64,000 nucleotides of DNA from Octopus sinensis (GCF_006345805.1 NC_043005.1:105338001-105402000), one strand, 5' to 3'; shown: positions 12,354-24,850, counted from the first letter of the stretch. The notes: generated from the sequence alone by a model not told the origin. Translations and numbers: made by a program.

Positions 12354-12763
12354 ATTCCTTTACTTGTTTCAGTCATTTGACCATGGTCATGCTGGAACAC
12401 CACCTTTAGTCAAGCAAATTGACCCCACGACTTATTCTTTGTAAGCCTAGTACTTATTCTATCGGTTTCTTTTGCTAAACCACTAAGTTACATGGACATA
12501 AATACACCAGCATTGGTTGTCAAGTGATGTTGGGGGGACAAACACTGACATATACACACATACACACACACATACACACACACGCACATATATATACACG
12601 TATATATATACAATGGGCTTCTTTTAGTTTCCCTCTACCAAATCCACTCACAAGGCTTTGGTCAGCCCGAGGATATAAAAGACACTTGCCCAAGGTGCCA
12701 CACTGAACCCAGAACCATGTGGTTGCTAAGCAAGCTACTCACCACACAGCCACTCCTGCACCC
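12354..12763 (-). mobile_element. SINE-B, full length
   Basis: Head gggtgcaggagtggctgtgtggtgag at 12763; tail aagtaaaggaata at ~12354. Confidence 0.9.
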
Positions 12764-12766
12764 ATG

Positions 12767-12874
12767 AAAGAATATGGAATGCTTCATGAATTTGCATATC
12801 AGCCTTGAACAGGGGATATGTTAATCTTCTCTGTATTGTTCCGATTTTAGAATATGTACTGCCATAGCTGGTAC
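12767..12874 (-). pseudogene. U6: U6 snRNA pseudogene, full length
   Basis: Reverse complement GTACCAGCTATGGCAGTACATATTCTAAAATCGGAACAATACAGAGAAGATTAACATATCCCCTGTTCAAGGCTGATATGCAAATTCATGAAGCATTCCATATTCTTT aligns without gaps to U6 as I recall it (about 20 mismatches in 106, many CpG transitions). ACAGAGA box intact; AGC triad mutated to AAC. Confidence 0.92.
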
Positions 12875-13399
12875 ATTATATATGAATGAAAATATATGTA
12901 TGTGTATATATATATATACAAAGAAGAATAGAATTAGCAAGTGTTTTTAGGACATTAATTTACAAATGTTTCATCTGAATTTAGTTTCATCAATCTTACC
13001 ATATTATGTAATAATACATGCAGCTATTAATTGTTCTCGAAGTTCCTTACTTGCATATATTATGTGCACATGTTAAGATTTATGTTTCATATGGAACAAA
13101 TTTATTTTGTATGTAAAGCAATCACACACACACAAGCACACCCACCTATATGAAAAACATATACATAATAACAAAGTGTAATGCATTTACTACCATTACA
13201 CACACATCTGTACTTTACTATATTGGTACTTCCTTCTTTGTCTTGATGCAAGAAGTGCATGGAAATATACGTCATTATACATAACAATTGTGACATACAT
13301 ATTCTGTTAACATTAATCTGCCCTAAATTTTCTCCTCCTCCTTGTGGTCATGGCTATTCTTTAGGATTAACATTCAGTGTACCATATTCTCTTCTTATA

Positions 13400-13990
13400 T
13401 AATGTATATAAAGTCTGTGTATGTGTGTATGTATGATAGGACATACATGTTGAATGTAAGTGATGCATATATACTTTATGTATGTGTGTATGTACGTAGG
13501 TATATGTATGTATGTATGTATGAATGTATATAAGTTTATGTAACTTATATGTATATATGTATGAATGTACATATGTTTATGTAAGGTATATGTATGTATG
13601 AATATATATATATATATGTTTATGTAAGGTATATATATGTATGACTATATATGTATGCACTTATATATGTGTGCATGTATTAAAAAATGTATATATATAT
13701 ATATACACACACACAGATATATGCATACTATTGAATATGTATACATGCATACATACATGTATTTATGTCTGTATATATCTGTTAATATAAGTACATATAC
13801 ATACATATGAATATATACATAAGGGTATATACATATACAGATATATATACATATATATACATCCATGTATATATGTATACTTCTATTCATCTATATATGC
13901 ATACATATATAAATATATATATATGCATATCTGAAAAGACATAAATATGCACAGACATAAATTCAGATATGTATGAATATATATATATGC
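13400..13990. repeat. (TATG)n/(TA)n low-complexity block
   Basis: Seen directly. Confidence 0.85.
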
Positions 13991-14349
13991 AGCATGGATG
14001 TTAAATGATGATGATGATGATGATTTATCCTTTCCTAGTTTCAGCTCAAGAACTGCGGACAAGCTGGAGCACTGCCATTAGCTTTGCTACACCTTCTGTA
14101 CTTGAAACCTACCCTGATATGTGGCATTCGGTGTTGCTGCCCTCATCTGTGTTTCTTGCCATGAGGTCGGTTCATCCAAAACTCCTTGACAGGCGGAGAT
14201 CCATCTTTGTTATATATATATATATGGGAATATATTTTACAAAAATATGGGTATATACATATCTATGCATAAATATATATGTTTATATATATATATATAT
14301 ACACACACAACATATATATGTTTATACATACATATATAAATACATATAT

Positions 14350-14449
14350 NNNNNNNNNNNNNNNNNNNNNNNNNNNNNNNNNNNNNNNNNNNNNNNNNNN
14401 NNNNNNNNNNNNNNNNNNNNNNNNNNNNNNNNNNNNNNNNNNNNNNNNN
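14350..14449. other. assembly gap (100 N)
   Basis: 100 consecutive N; probably a placeholder of unknown size. Confidence 0.99.
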
Positions 14450-14595
14450 GCGGTTCTGCAAAAGAGACTGATAAAATATTACCAGCAGGCTTTCAAGGAA
14501 TAAGTCCTACGGCTGATTTATTCCAATAATGGGGATGCTCCAGCATGGCTGCAGTCAAATGACTGAAACAAGTAAAAGAATAAAACAATAAAAGT
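14450..14595 (+). mobile_element. SINE-B 3' part (5' part lost in the gap)
   Basis: gcggttctgcaaaagagac...gctccagcatggctgcagtcaaatgactgaaacaagtaaaaga. Confidence 0.8.
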
Positions 14596-14755
14596 ATCTA
14601 TATATATATATATATTATTATATACGTATTATATATATTAGATGTGTATGTATATTTATATATATATATTCATATAAATATATTTATATTATATTCATAT
14701 ATATATATATATATTATATTATTTATATATATATATTTTATTTATATATTATATA

Positions 14756-14927
14756 TGTGTTGTCTGGAAGTCCAGTTTCTAGGAAGAGGGTATTTTCAAG
14801 TTAAAGGAAAGATGGAAATGCAGTGTGCAACAAAATGGTTCATATTTTGTTGATTAGAATGTAATGGCAAGTATTTATTGACCTTTTTCGTTCCTTTAAA
14901 ATCGGCACGTACTTCCAGACAACCCAA
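14756..14927. mobile_element. mariner-type MITE (~170 bp)
   Basis: Perfect 13-bp inverted repeat GTTGTCTGGAAGT (14759-14771) / ACTTCCAGACAAC (14911-14923); TA on both sides; right end caacccaa|TA as in the mariner TIR at 49723. Confidence 0.7.
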
Positions 14928-14939
14928 TATAAATTTTTT

Positions 14940-14996
14940 TATTTATATATATATATAGATATATATCTATATGATATATATACATATTCATGTATG

Positions 14997-15053
<57 letters not shown>

Positions 15054-15109
15054 GATAGATATATACATATTTATATGATATATATGTATTTATATATGAT
15101 TCATATTTA

Positions 15110-15150
<41 letters not shown>

Positions 15151-15294
15151 CACACATGCATGCACCATATATATATATATTATATATATATATATGATAG
15201 ATATATACATATTTATTATGATTATATGTATTTATATATGATTCATATTTATATTTAATACATATATATATATACATACACACACACATGCATG

Positions 15295-15330
<36 letters not shown>
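14940..15330. repeat. (TA)n block with an internal ~135-bp tandem duplication
   Basis: gatagatatatacatattta...gattcatatttatattt...catgcatgcac occurs twice. Confidence 0.8.
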
Positions 15331-15331
<1 letters not shown>

Positions 15332-16001
15332 TTGTGTGTGTGCATGTGTCTCCCAGTCTTTAAGTTTCTTGCTGTAGTTGTGAACTTGTCATATAGTTGG
15401 TTTTCTTCTAATCAGCAATTTGACTTCTAGTGTATGATATAATATATGGCTGAGTGCTGTCCACTACACTGTATAATCATAGTGGACAGTGTACATACAT
15501 ACATACATACATATAACCTCATACAGCATGCTGGTGTATGTCTGTGTATGCCTGCAGAAATACATGCCGAATAACATATGGCCGGCTCTGCATTCATTTC
15601 CAATATATATGTATTTTTCTTTTACACATTGTGTTTCTTTCCCTCTCTTTCCTTTCTTTCTATTCCTCTTTCTCTCTATCTCAGTTTTGTCTTTCTTGCT
15701 GTATTTCTATTTCTTTATAGCTCCTAAATCTCAGTCTACACACACACACACACACATATACATAGAGATACACACATACATTTTTTATTTTTATTTTTGG
15801 TAAGCTTAAATAATGCATGTTATAAAAAAATTAACAAGAGAGGTTAATGGTTAATAACTTTACATGGTGTTCCACTATTTGATGGTTAGGACCACTTCAG
15901 GAAATTTTTTGTAGAAAAGGTGTTGTTAGCTAACTTTTCTCTGCTCAGATTTTCTGAAGAAGGTCGCTCTTTCTCTCTCTCTCTCTCTACATATATATAT
16001 A

Positions 16002-16233
16002 TTTCTTTACTGCCCACAAGGGGCTAAACACAGAGGGGACAAACAAGGACAGACGAAGGGATTGAGTCGATTATATCACCCCCAGTGCGAAACTGGTACT
16101 TAATTTATTGACCCCGAAAGGATGAAAGGCAAAGTTGACCTCGGCGGAATTTGAACTCAGAACGTAACGACAGACGAAATACCGCTAAGCATTTCGCCCG
16201 GCGCGCTAACGTGTCTGCCAGCTCGCCGCCTTA
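16002..16233 (-). mobile_element. SINE-A monomer, young, 18-bp TSD
   Basis: CpG-rich and intact; flanked by tctctacatatatatata at 15984-16001 and 16234-16251. Confidence 0.92.
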
Positions 16234-16258
16234 TCTCTACATATATATATAATGTACC

Positions 16259-16420
16259 TAGTACACTCTGTAAAGTGGTTGACCTTAAGAAGGGCATCCT
16301 GCCATAGAAACCATGCCAACACAGACAGTAGAGCTTGGCATTGGCCTCTGGCTCACTAATTTCTGTCAGACCACCCAACCCAGGGCAGCATGGAAAAACG
16401 GATATTACATGATGATGGTG
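16259..16420 (+). mobile_element. old SINE-C 3' part
   Basis: gtacactctgtaaagtggttg...agaagggcatcc...gcatggaaaa...atgatgatg. Confidence 0.65.
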
Positions 16421-19400
16421 AATGGTGATAATATGAAAGCACACACACACTTTAAATAGCATTTCCATACTTTAAATTCATACACATTATATTCGAATTA
16501 TGTACCAGTTGTAATTTTTATCATCCAATATTTAAATTCTGTTGTGAACACTTGGCCTGTATGTGATGGATTTCTATACTTTTTAATCTACTTGTTTGAG
16601 GTTTAATGGTAATTTTTTTTCTAAAAGTACAGTTTTTGTTGTAGTGTGTTTGCTATTGTTTAAGATAAATTTAATTGACAACGTTTATTATTCGGTATTT
16701 TATTTGTTGGTGCATTTTTCCCCTCCTGGACGGTTGTCATTTTCTTTTGTTATATTTTGGGATCTTAAGAGAAAATAGGATGTTGTGAGGTTGATGTTTC
16801 CCAATAGAATTAGTTGTGATTTCTGCTATTTTTATTCCTTTCAAATATAATAACAGCCCAACTATTACAATCACACAAACAAATGTGCTTGTAGGAGAAG
16901 AAAAAAGGGTAAATAATCCATATGTAGAGGAAAGGGATGGAAAACCATGAAGACATTGTCCAACTGTCTCCTGTCCACTTCTCCTCTAGCTATCACCCAA
17001 TCCTTCTACTCTTGTCATGTGAAATTCTTTCAGTTTTTTTTCTTCTTTTTTTCTTTTGACATATTTTGTCTTTGTGATGCAGGAAGTGCTAGTTCAAAGT
17101 GGACTCTAAGCAAAACAAAAGAAACCTCTCTCCCTCTCTTTCCCTCTCTCTCTTTTGGTTCTATTCTCTTCCTAACCATCTCCTTATTTCACTCAACCAG
17201 CTGCTACTGCTGTTTCACCCCTACCCTATCAATTTTCTTATTATCTGGACTTTAACTCATACAGGCACACATTCTCTGTCTGTCCCTCTCTTTTTCTAAA
17301 CCTTACCTCCTTGTATAGTGGCTGAAGGGAGTAAAAAGTTTCGGATTGTTGGCATGCAGTGGTAATACTCAGGCTTAAAACAAACAGCAGGAGTGGAGGT
17401 GGTGTTTATCAGAGTCTCCAATCATCATAATAGCCAACAACAAAATTTAAGGCTTCAAATTTTCATACATTACTTCTGCCCCTCCCTCTTTTCTCCTATA
17501 TTTTTATATCAGTAAACAGTGTGTTAATTAGGCAGAAGGATGAAGGTGGGTGGTAACAGGGTTTATTGATATAGAGTTCTTTGTTTCATTTGAAGAACTT
17601 TGTTTTTTGTTTTGTGTGTGTGTGGTGGTAGGTCTATTGTTCCCTTATTTCATTCCTTCAGTTTGAATAGCATCACATCCTGTTCTAAAATACCCTTAAA
17701 TAGCAGGAACCATCACATTTCATGTTTCCCATTTTTAACTCTTCATCATAATTCTACTTTCTTCCTGCTTCATTTAACATAAAAAATGTACAACACACAC
17801 CACACTACACACACACACACACACAATATGTGTTCCAGGAGAGCTTCTTATAGCATTAAATAATGCAAACAACAATCTAGGATATAGTGAATGCATCGAG
17901 AATAATGTCAATATGGCCCATAGATCCTTAGATCTTTCCCATCCAGAGATCTTGATACTACTACCCTTCTTTTCTCTACATTTGTCTGGTCTCATCTCAA
18001 ATACTGCTGCCCATCAGTGCCATCTTTAGACAAGGGCACCTTTGACACTTTCCCAGGGGCCTAATTCTGACCTGTGTATGATGTGACTTGCTATCAATAA
18101 ATAGATAGGATCTAGTCTTTCTCATTCGCAAAATGAACCCCACTTAATTTTGCTCAGATTGCTTTCAATTTTGGTGAATCAATGCGTCTCTGAATTTTGA
18201 TCATGATCAACCAATAAATTAAAGAATCTAATGTTATTTGGAATTAAAGTTGGGAAGTTTGGGTAATTTTAGCCAATCAACAGACAGCGTTGCATTAGCA
18301 GCTTGTTACTATGACAACTGCACGCTGAGTTGTGGTTCACAGTTGTCTGTGCCGCTGCTGTCTATGTTGATTTTTCACATGTACTTCTGTGTGTTAGTAT
18401 TTTTACATATTTTTCATTTCATATAATTTCGGTACCCATTGACTCAGATAGCCAGATTTATGATTTCACTATTCATAAAAATTTTAATTAGGGTTATTTC
18501 TTAAACCGTTAGCTTCACATTTCAACAGCTTAACTGAAATTTAGCCCATGTAACAGGAACTGAGAGGGATATCATGGAACAGAGAAACTTTAGGTGATAC
18601 AGATAATTTGACATTATTTTTGAATTCTGCATGCAAAAACATATAAGATACAGGTATTCTTTTCCTTGAGATAAATTCTTTGTTGACCAGTATTATTCTT
18701 ATCGTAATTTAAAAATCCAAGCATGAAAACGTTACTCAACTTTGGAGTTTTGGAGACAGATGCCCCCTTTTCATACACACACTCACACACACACTTATAT
18801 ATTAATGGTGTACACAAATACATGACAGGTATACATAATACTGAAATACGCATAATGTAAACATGCTGAAAATATATTAATATAGCAAATTTTTAAAATA
18901 ATTAAAAAATACAATCAATGAAGAGACAAAAGAAACAGTAAAATGATACATGTTGATTTTATTAAGTATTTCTGTTTATTTAGAAACCTACAACGAACAG
19001 GTCAGACACAAAACTATAAATTTCACAGGGTACAACCTTAAAGTTGACACCGCTGCGCTAAGCACAAAAAATTTCTGTCTCACTATTGGCTCAAAATACA
19101 GTTCTTTTCAATTTTTAAACCTCTATAGCTTTTTTCTCCAATTTTTTTTCACTACAATATCAGACTTTCAAAGCAACAAGACTGGAAGGTTACATTATTA
19201 TAGCCAATTTTCAGATTTTAAAAAAATGCATATTTTGTGAATGCAAAAACTAGATCCAATAAATACTATATGGCCCAGTGCACTGATTTACCTGACAGCC
19301 TATAATGCTGCTTTGACAGCCTTGTCACCCACTTGAGTCTCCCTCCACAAAACAAAACATGATCCCAATAATCAGAACTTGATTATTGGGATTAACCCCA

Positions 19401-19964
19401 AAAGCTCAAAAACTTTATTCCTGTCCACCCCCACTGTGAACATCATCAGCCTATTTCTGGTCCATCTATATATTCTTTAATACTGCAGCTTTCCACCATT
19501 CTTGTACTGCCACTTATCACCATCTTCTTTCTGAGCTACTCCTATCTCCCCCCTCCCACCACTACCACACCTGCCCAATACTGATATTTACCATCAGTAG
19601 CATTATACGCTTCTCAAACCATCTGCCATGTTACTTTCACATTCTAATGAATTTATTCACTTACTCTTCCCTATGGTTTGTTTATATCTTTTCTTATACT
19701 CAACCTTATTGTATCTTGAGAATCTGCTCTGATACATCATCACCACCATCATTACCTTCTTTTGAGCTACCTCAACCACCCTTACATAATGTGCAGTCAC
19801 TATATATCTCACCTCTATAGTAAGACACCTGTGCCTGTCCCTATGTTGTACTTTGACCTCTCAACACTTGGGATAAAGACACTTTTTTCTCTACTTTTCT
19901 TTGTTGTGTGAGTTAGTTGATAAACTCATTAGTACTCCTATCACAAAAAAAAAGAGAAAAATGC

Positions 19965-20110
19965 ACTCAGTACACTCTGTAAACTCGTTGCATTAGGAAG
20001 GGCATCCAACCCTAAACCATGCTGAAGCAAACATTGGAGTTCAACAAAGATCGTTGGATCCTGTCACACCATCCAGTCCATGGGAGCAGTGAAGACGAAT
20101 TTTAAAAGAT
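19965..20110 (+). mobile_element. old SINE-C 3' part
   Basis: agtacactctgtaaa...ttaggaagggcatccaacc. Confidence 0.55.
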
Positions 20111-20113
20111 GTT

Positions 20114-20154
<41 letters not shown>

Positions 20155-20329
20155 ATTTGAATATGCAACTAAAAGAGTTCCTAACAATTTCATATTTTTA
20201 CGATAATTGAACAGGCATATAAAATATGCTATCTTTAAGCATTCAAATTCTGTTTTAGCACTTTTCATTGTGTATTTATCTCACACTGGCTGGAGTACAT
20301 TTTTTGTTCATTCTACTTCTGTTGGATCT

Positions 20330-20557
20330 TTAAACTATATATATATATATATATACATATACATTCTTACATATATGTACATATGTATACATGTATATAT
20401 ATATATATATATGTGTGTGTGTATGTATATATGCATACATGTATAAATATATGTATGTATATATGTTACTTGTATATATATATTATATATATATATATAT
20501 GTATATATATGTATGCATATATGTATACATGTATATATATATGTGTATACCTGTATC

Positions 20558-20610
<53 letters not shown>

Positions 20611-20750
20611 CATATATGTATACATGTATATATATATATATATGTATACCTGTATCTGTGTGTGTGTGTGTATATATAATATATATATATATATATAATA
20701 TATATCTGAAACTCGGTGTTTTATCTTGACTATTGAGTAATGTAACATAT

Positions 20751-20792
<42 letters not shown>

Positions 20793-20820
20793 ATCCATAG
20801 TTATACATATAAACATTGAT
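20330..20820. repeat. (TA)n/(TG)n block
   Basis: Seen directly; includes a duplicated 'gtatacctgtatc' unit. Confidence 0.9.
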
Positions 20821-20838
20821 ACATGCATATTTATATAC

Positions 20839-21192
20839 GTGACTGTGTGGTAAAAGCTTGCTTCTGAACCACATGATTCTGGGTTCAGTCCTACTGTGTG
20901 GCACCATTGGCAAATGTTTTCTACTAAAGCCTTGAGCTAACCAAAACCTTGTGAGCGGATTTGGTAGATGGAAACTGAAAGATATATTTATAATATATGT
21001 ATATGTTTGTGTTATACCCCCACCGTCGCTTGACAACGGATGTTGGTCATCCTTGTAACTTAGCGATTCGGCAAAAGAAACCGATAGAATAAGTACTAGG
21101 CTTACAAAGAATAAGTCCTGGAGTCGATTTGTTCGACTAAAGGCGGTGCTCCAGCATGGTCGCAGTCAAATAACAGAAATAAGTAAAGGAAT
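20839..21192 (+). mobile_element. SINE-B, near full length
   Basis: Head gactgtgtggtaaaagcttgcttc...gggttcagtcc; tail ggcggtgctccagcatggtcgcagtcaaat...aagtaaagga. Confidence 0.88.
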
Positions 21193-21299
21193 ATAAAGTA
21201 TATATATATTTCTTCTTCCTTCTCTCTCTCTCTCTCTCTCACTATATATATATGGCATCTATGAAGAATAGATTGGGAAACTATGCACTCCACCTGAAA

Positions 21300-21471
21300 T
21301 TTGTATTCGTCTTTTCGGATGTTTACATCTTAAGTCTACGATCCTTGAAAAAAAAGTTGGGCAGGTTAGGGAGATTTTTCCCTCACCTCCGTAATTTTTC
21401 ACTCTGACGTTTTTGAAAAACTATTCAGTTTTATGTTAAAGGTAATTTCAAAAGAAAGACAAAATTGGCAC

Positions 21472-21510
<39 letters not shown>

Positions 21511-22560
21511 ATTCTTTCTGAATCCTAACCAATGATGCCTTCACATATGAAGAAATTTCGTTTGGCCCATTGAATAATTTTCGATTCTAGTCTTTTGGAA
21601 CGCCGTAGAATAGATTCGGAAATTATTTAGTGCGCCCCAAAACAGTAAATTCTTCGGATCGATATGTTTAGTATGAGTCTGTAAAGTGAGTGATAGAGAA
21701 AGGGGGAGGGTAAAGGAGTGAGAAAGAGGAAGAGAGAAAGAAAGAGAGAGAGAGAGAGTTTTAAAAAAAGGGTTATGTGTCTCTTCTCTTTTCTGTAAAT
21801 TTATATTTTTAGCTTTTTGGTAAAATAATATCGGATTTACGCTGCGCATAAATTTGAAGAATCATAATCTTATATATTTTTTTTTAAATGTTCAAAAGGA
21901 AGACAAAACTGAAGAATTAACGAAAGAGAACTGCCTCCTTCCATCACAAAAACAAAAACAACGCAAGACTCGTTATCTACAATGCTTTAAACATAGGAGA
22001 CCCGAAGAAATTACTGTTTTCTTGGGGAATACATAATAATAATAAAATAAAAAAAGCATGTTCCTATAGTGTATATATTTATGCAATATGTATATGTATA
22101 TGTATCTAACAATGTGTGTGTGTGTGTGTGTGTGTGTGCTTTTCATACACAGCAAGTGGAGGAGATGAAGTCTTCTAGCTTTCGCTCGTTGCTTTCGTTG
22201 TGTCTGTGTGTTTGCTCCACTTGCCGACTGCCTGCTCGCGCGCTCGTTACCCCCCCCCCCTATATTTTCTCTCTCTCTTTCTTCCTCTCTCTCTCTCTCT
22301 CCCATTGACACACACACATGATTGTGTAGTGCTGCTGTTCATTTTCATGAATGACACGTTCTCGGAGATGCTGCTGCTGCTGTTATTTCGCTGTTTCACT
22401 CTGGTGGTTGTGGGTGATGATGGTAGAGCAATAGTTTAGAGTAAGAGTGGGCGCTGGTGTACTAAGTTGTAACGATGATGATAGTATAATAAGTTGTAAG
22501 TGTTGGTGGTTAACTAATGTTCTAGGAGTGGTAGTAAATTTCATTTACTGCAGTATTGGT
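21300..22560. promoter_or_regulatory. CpG-retaining promoter/5'UTR-like region with GA/CT tracts
   Basis: Non-repeat sequence with many CpGs (e.g. ctcgcgcgctcg at ~22235), CT/GA tracts and a C-run; orientation unresolved. Confidence 0.4.
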
Positions 22561-23110
22561 CGTAGTAGTGGTGTTGTCAATTGAAACTAAATCAAAATGT
22601 ACGCAAATGTGAAAACAAACAAAAAACCAAAACCCAGCAACCTTTCCTTGCCTGTGTCACTCGGATGGAAAGTTTTTAATATGCTTCTTTATCCATGTAA
22701 CTAACCTAATAATGGATGAACACTCTCTTAATCGTTTGTGTTCGGACCTGCGTCAAAGGCATTTCTGCTGTGATCACGGCTTTTATTTTCAGATACTTTC
22801 TTCAATGTCCTTCCCCATTTAAAACACTGTAAGGATGTGATTTGAAGGCGATAGTGTTGCTATTTCTAACATGTCAAATGACTTCGTACAGGCACCTTCG
22901 TACAGACTCGTTATTTTGTTATTGTTCTAGTGTTCCGTTTGGAAACCGGACGCGATGTGTTTCCTCCAGGTAGCTAGACATTGTTTTCTCCTGTATCTGG
23001 ACTTGTGAGTAGTAATAATTCCTTAGGTAGCTGGTCTCTATCAGCACCTCACTAGAAGACTAATCAGACTTCACACATAACTGTACCAATGACGCTATAA
23101 TAATAATAAT

Positions 23111-23328
23111 ATATTTCTTTACTACCCACAAGGGGCTAAACACAGAGGGGACAGACAAAGGGATTAAGTCGATTACATCGACTCCAGTGCGAAACTGGTA
23201 CTTAATTTATCGACCCAGAAAGAATGAAAGGCAAAGTCGACCTCGGCGGAATTTGAACTCAGAACATAACGACAGTCGAAATACCGCTAAGCATTTCGTC
23301 CAGCGCGCTAACGTGTCTGCCAGCTCGC
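23111..23328 (-). mobile_element. SINE-A monomer, young, 16-18 bp TSD
   Basis: Flanked by cgctataataataataat at 23093-23110 and 23329-23346. Confidence 0.92.
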
Positions 23329-23847
23329 CGCTATAATAATAATAATCTACCAACACATCACAGACTACAGGGCCCCGTTATAACCTACACTGTTGATCAC
23401 ATCACACTTGATCATTAGCATACAGAGTTGGGGGCCAACAAGTTTCTTCTAAATTTTACAATTTCAGTTTTAATCTTAAGTGCGTGTGTGTGTGTGCGTA
23501 TGAGCGTTCACATATGTGAAGGAAAATGCGTGTGTGCTTCCGTTAGCTGCTGATTCCTCGTTTGTGAAATCCCTTCTTACATCAACGTTAACTTATTACT
23601 CATGTCCTTGTTGATTGGATAGATTTATCATCAAAGGCATTCCAGCTGTGACCATCATGTCTTTTAAGTAGTGTGTCTGTGGCTACACTATCCATGTTCT
23701 TTCATTATCTAAGATGCTTGAGTGCAAGATTTTATGTATATTTGGTTACTATTTCAAACACATCGAATGATCCTGTTATAAGCTTTTTTCTTGTTTAGCC
23801 GCAGATCAACACTGCTTCGGTAAACATACATAAAACTGCTCCAGCCA

Positions 23848-24071
23848 GCGGCGAGCTGGCAGAAACGTTAGCACGCCGGGCGAAATGCGTAGTCGTATTT
23901 CGTCTGCCGTTACGTTCTGAGTTCAAATTCCGCCGAGGTCGACTTTGCCTTTCATCCTTTCGGGGTCGATAAATAAAGTAAGTACCAGTTACGCACTAGG
24001 ATCGATATAATCGACTTAATCCCTTTGTTTGTCCCCTCTATGTGTAGCCCCTTGTGTGCAATAAAGAAATA
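23848..24071 (+). mobile_element. SINE-A monomer
   Basis: A-box-like tggcagaaacgttag, B-box-like gagttcaaattcc, ends gcaataaagaaata. Confidence 0.92.
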
Positions 24072-24249
24072 TATATGTTAATTAGTGTCCTTTCTTTATC
24101 TAAAATGGTAAGATGAAATCTGGAAGAGATTTTGCCTGCTATTTCTTGCAGGTCAAGCAAGAACTTAAAGACTCCTTTCTTTTTTCGCTTTCTCTTTGTT
24201 ATTGTTACTAATGGCGTTGATGTTAATGTTGTCATTGACAATAATTAAA

Positions 24250-24445
24250 GAGCTGCGACTGACAGAATCGTTAACAGCATTACTTCTCTTCCGATTCTTT
24301 ACGTTATGAGTTCAAACCTCGCTGAGGTCAACTTTGCTTTTCTTCCACTCTGGGTTGATAAAAGTACCAGATAAGTACTGGGTTCTATCTAATCGACATA
24401 CCTATACCCCTCAGAATTGATGGCCTCATCCCAAAGTTTGAAAGA
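24250..24445 (+). mobile_element. older SINE-A-type copy
   Basis: gagttcaaacctcgctgaggtcaactttgc...gataaaagtaccag...tttgaaagaattatt. Confidence 0.65.
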
Positions 24446-24454
24446 ATTATTGTT

Positions 24455-24850
24455 GGCGAGCTGGCAGAAACGTTAGCACGCCGGACGAAATGCTTAGCAG
24501 TATTTCGTCTGCCGCTACGTTCTGAGTTCAAATTCCGCCGAGGCCGACTTTTCCTTCCATCCTTTCGGGGTCGATTAAATAAGTGCCAGTTACGCGCTGG
24601 GGTCGATATAATCGACTTAATCTGTTTGTCCTCTCTGTGTTTAGCCCCTTGTGGGTAGTAAAGAAATAGGTATTTTATCTGACTTCATGTTCTGAGTTCA
24701 AATTCCGCCGAGGTCGACTTTACCTTTCATCTTTTCAGGGTCTACAAAATAAGTACCAGTTGAGTACTGGGGTCGATGTAATTGACTAGTCCCCTCCCAC
24801 ACCAAATTTCAGTCCTTGTGCCTATAGTAGAAAGGATTATTATTATTATT
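24455..24850 (+). mobile_element. SINE-A dimer with (ATT)n tail
   Basis: Monomer 24455-24668 followed by a 5'-truncated second unit from 24669 (ggtattttatctg...gagttcaaattccgccgagg); ATTATTGTT on both sides. Confidence 0.88.

Noticed and set aside
12767-12874. Functional U6 snRNA gene
   Set aside because: AGC triad mutated, CpG-decay pattern, broken T terminator and no evident upstream promoter elements.
14005-14529. 174-aa ORF
   Set aside because: Spans a (GAT)n run, a TA array, the N gap and a SINE.
15030-15310. Meaningful ~135-bp tandem duplication
   Set aside because: Entirely low-complexity and near a gap; slippage or an assembly artefact is more likely.
15457-15489. Pre-miRNA hairpin
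   Set aside because: Stem is only 10-13 bp, too short for a miRNA precursor.
18200-19100. Promoter from CCAAT boxes (18271, 19085)
   Set aside because: Short motifs are expected by chance and there is only weak CpG support.
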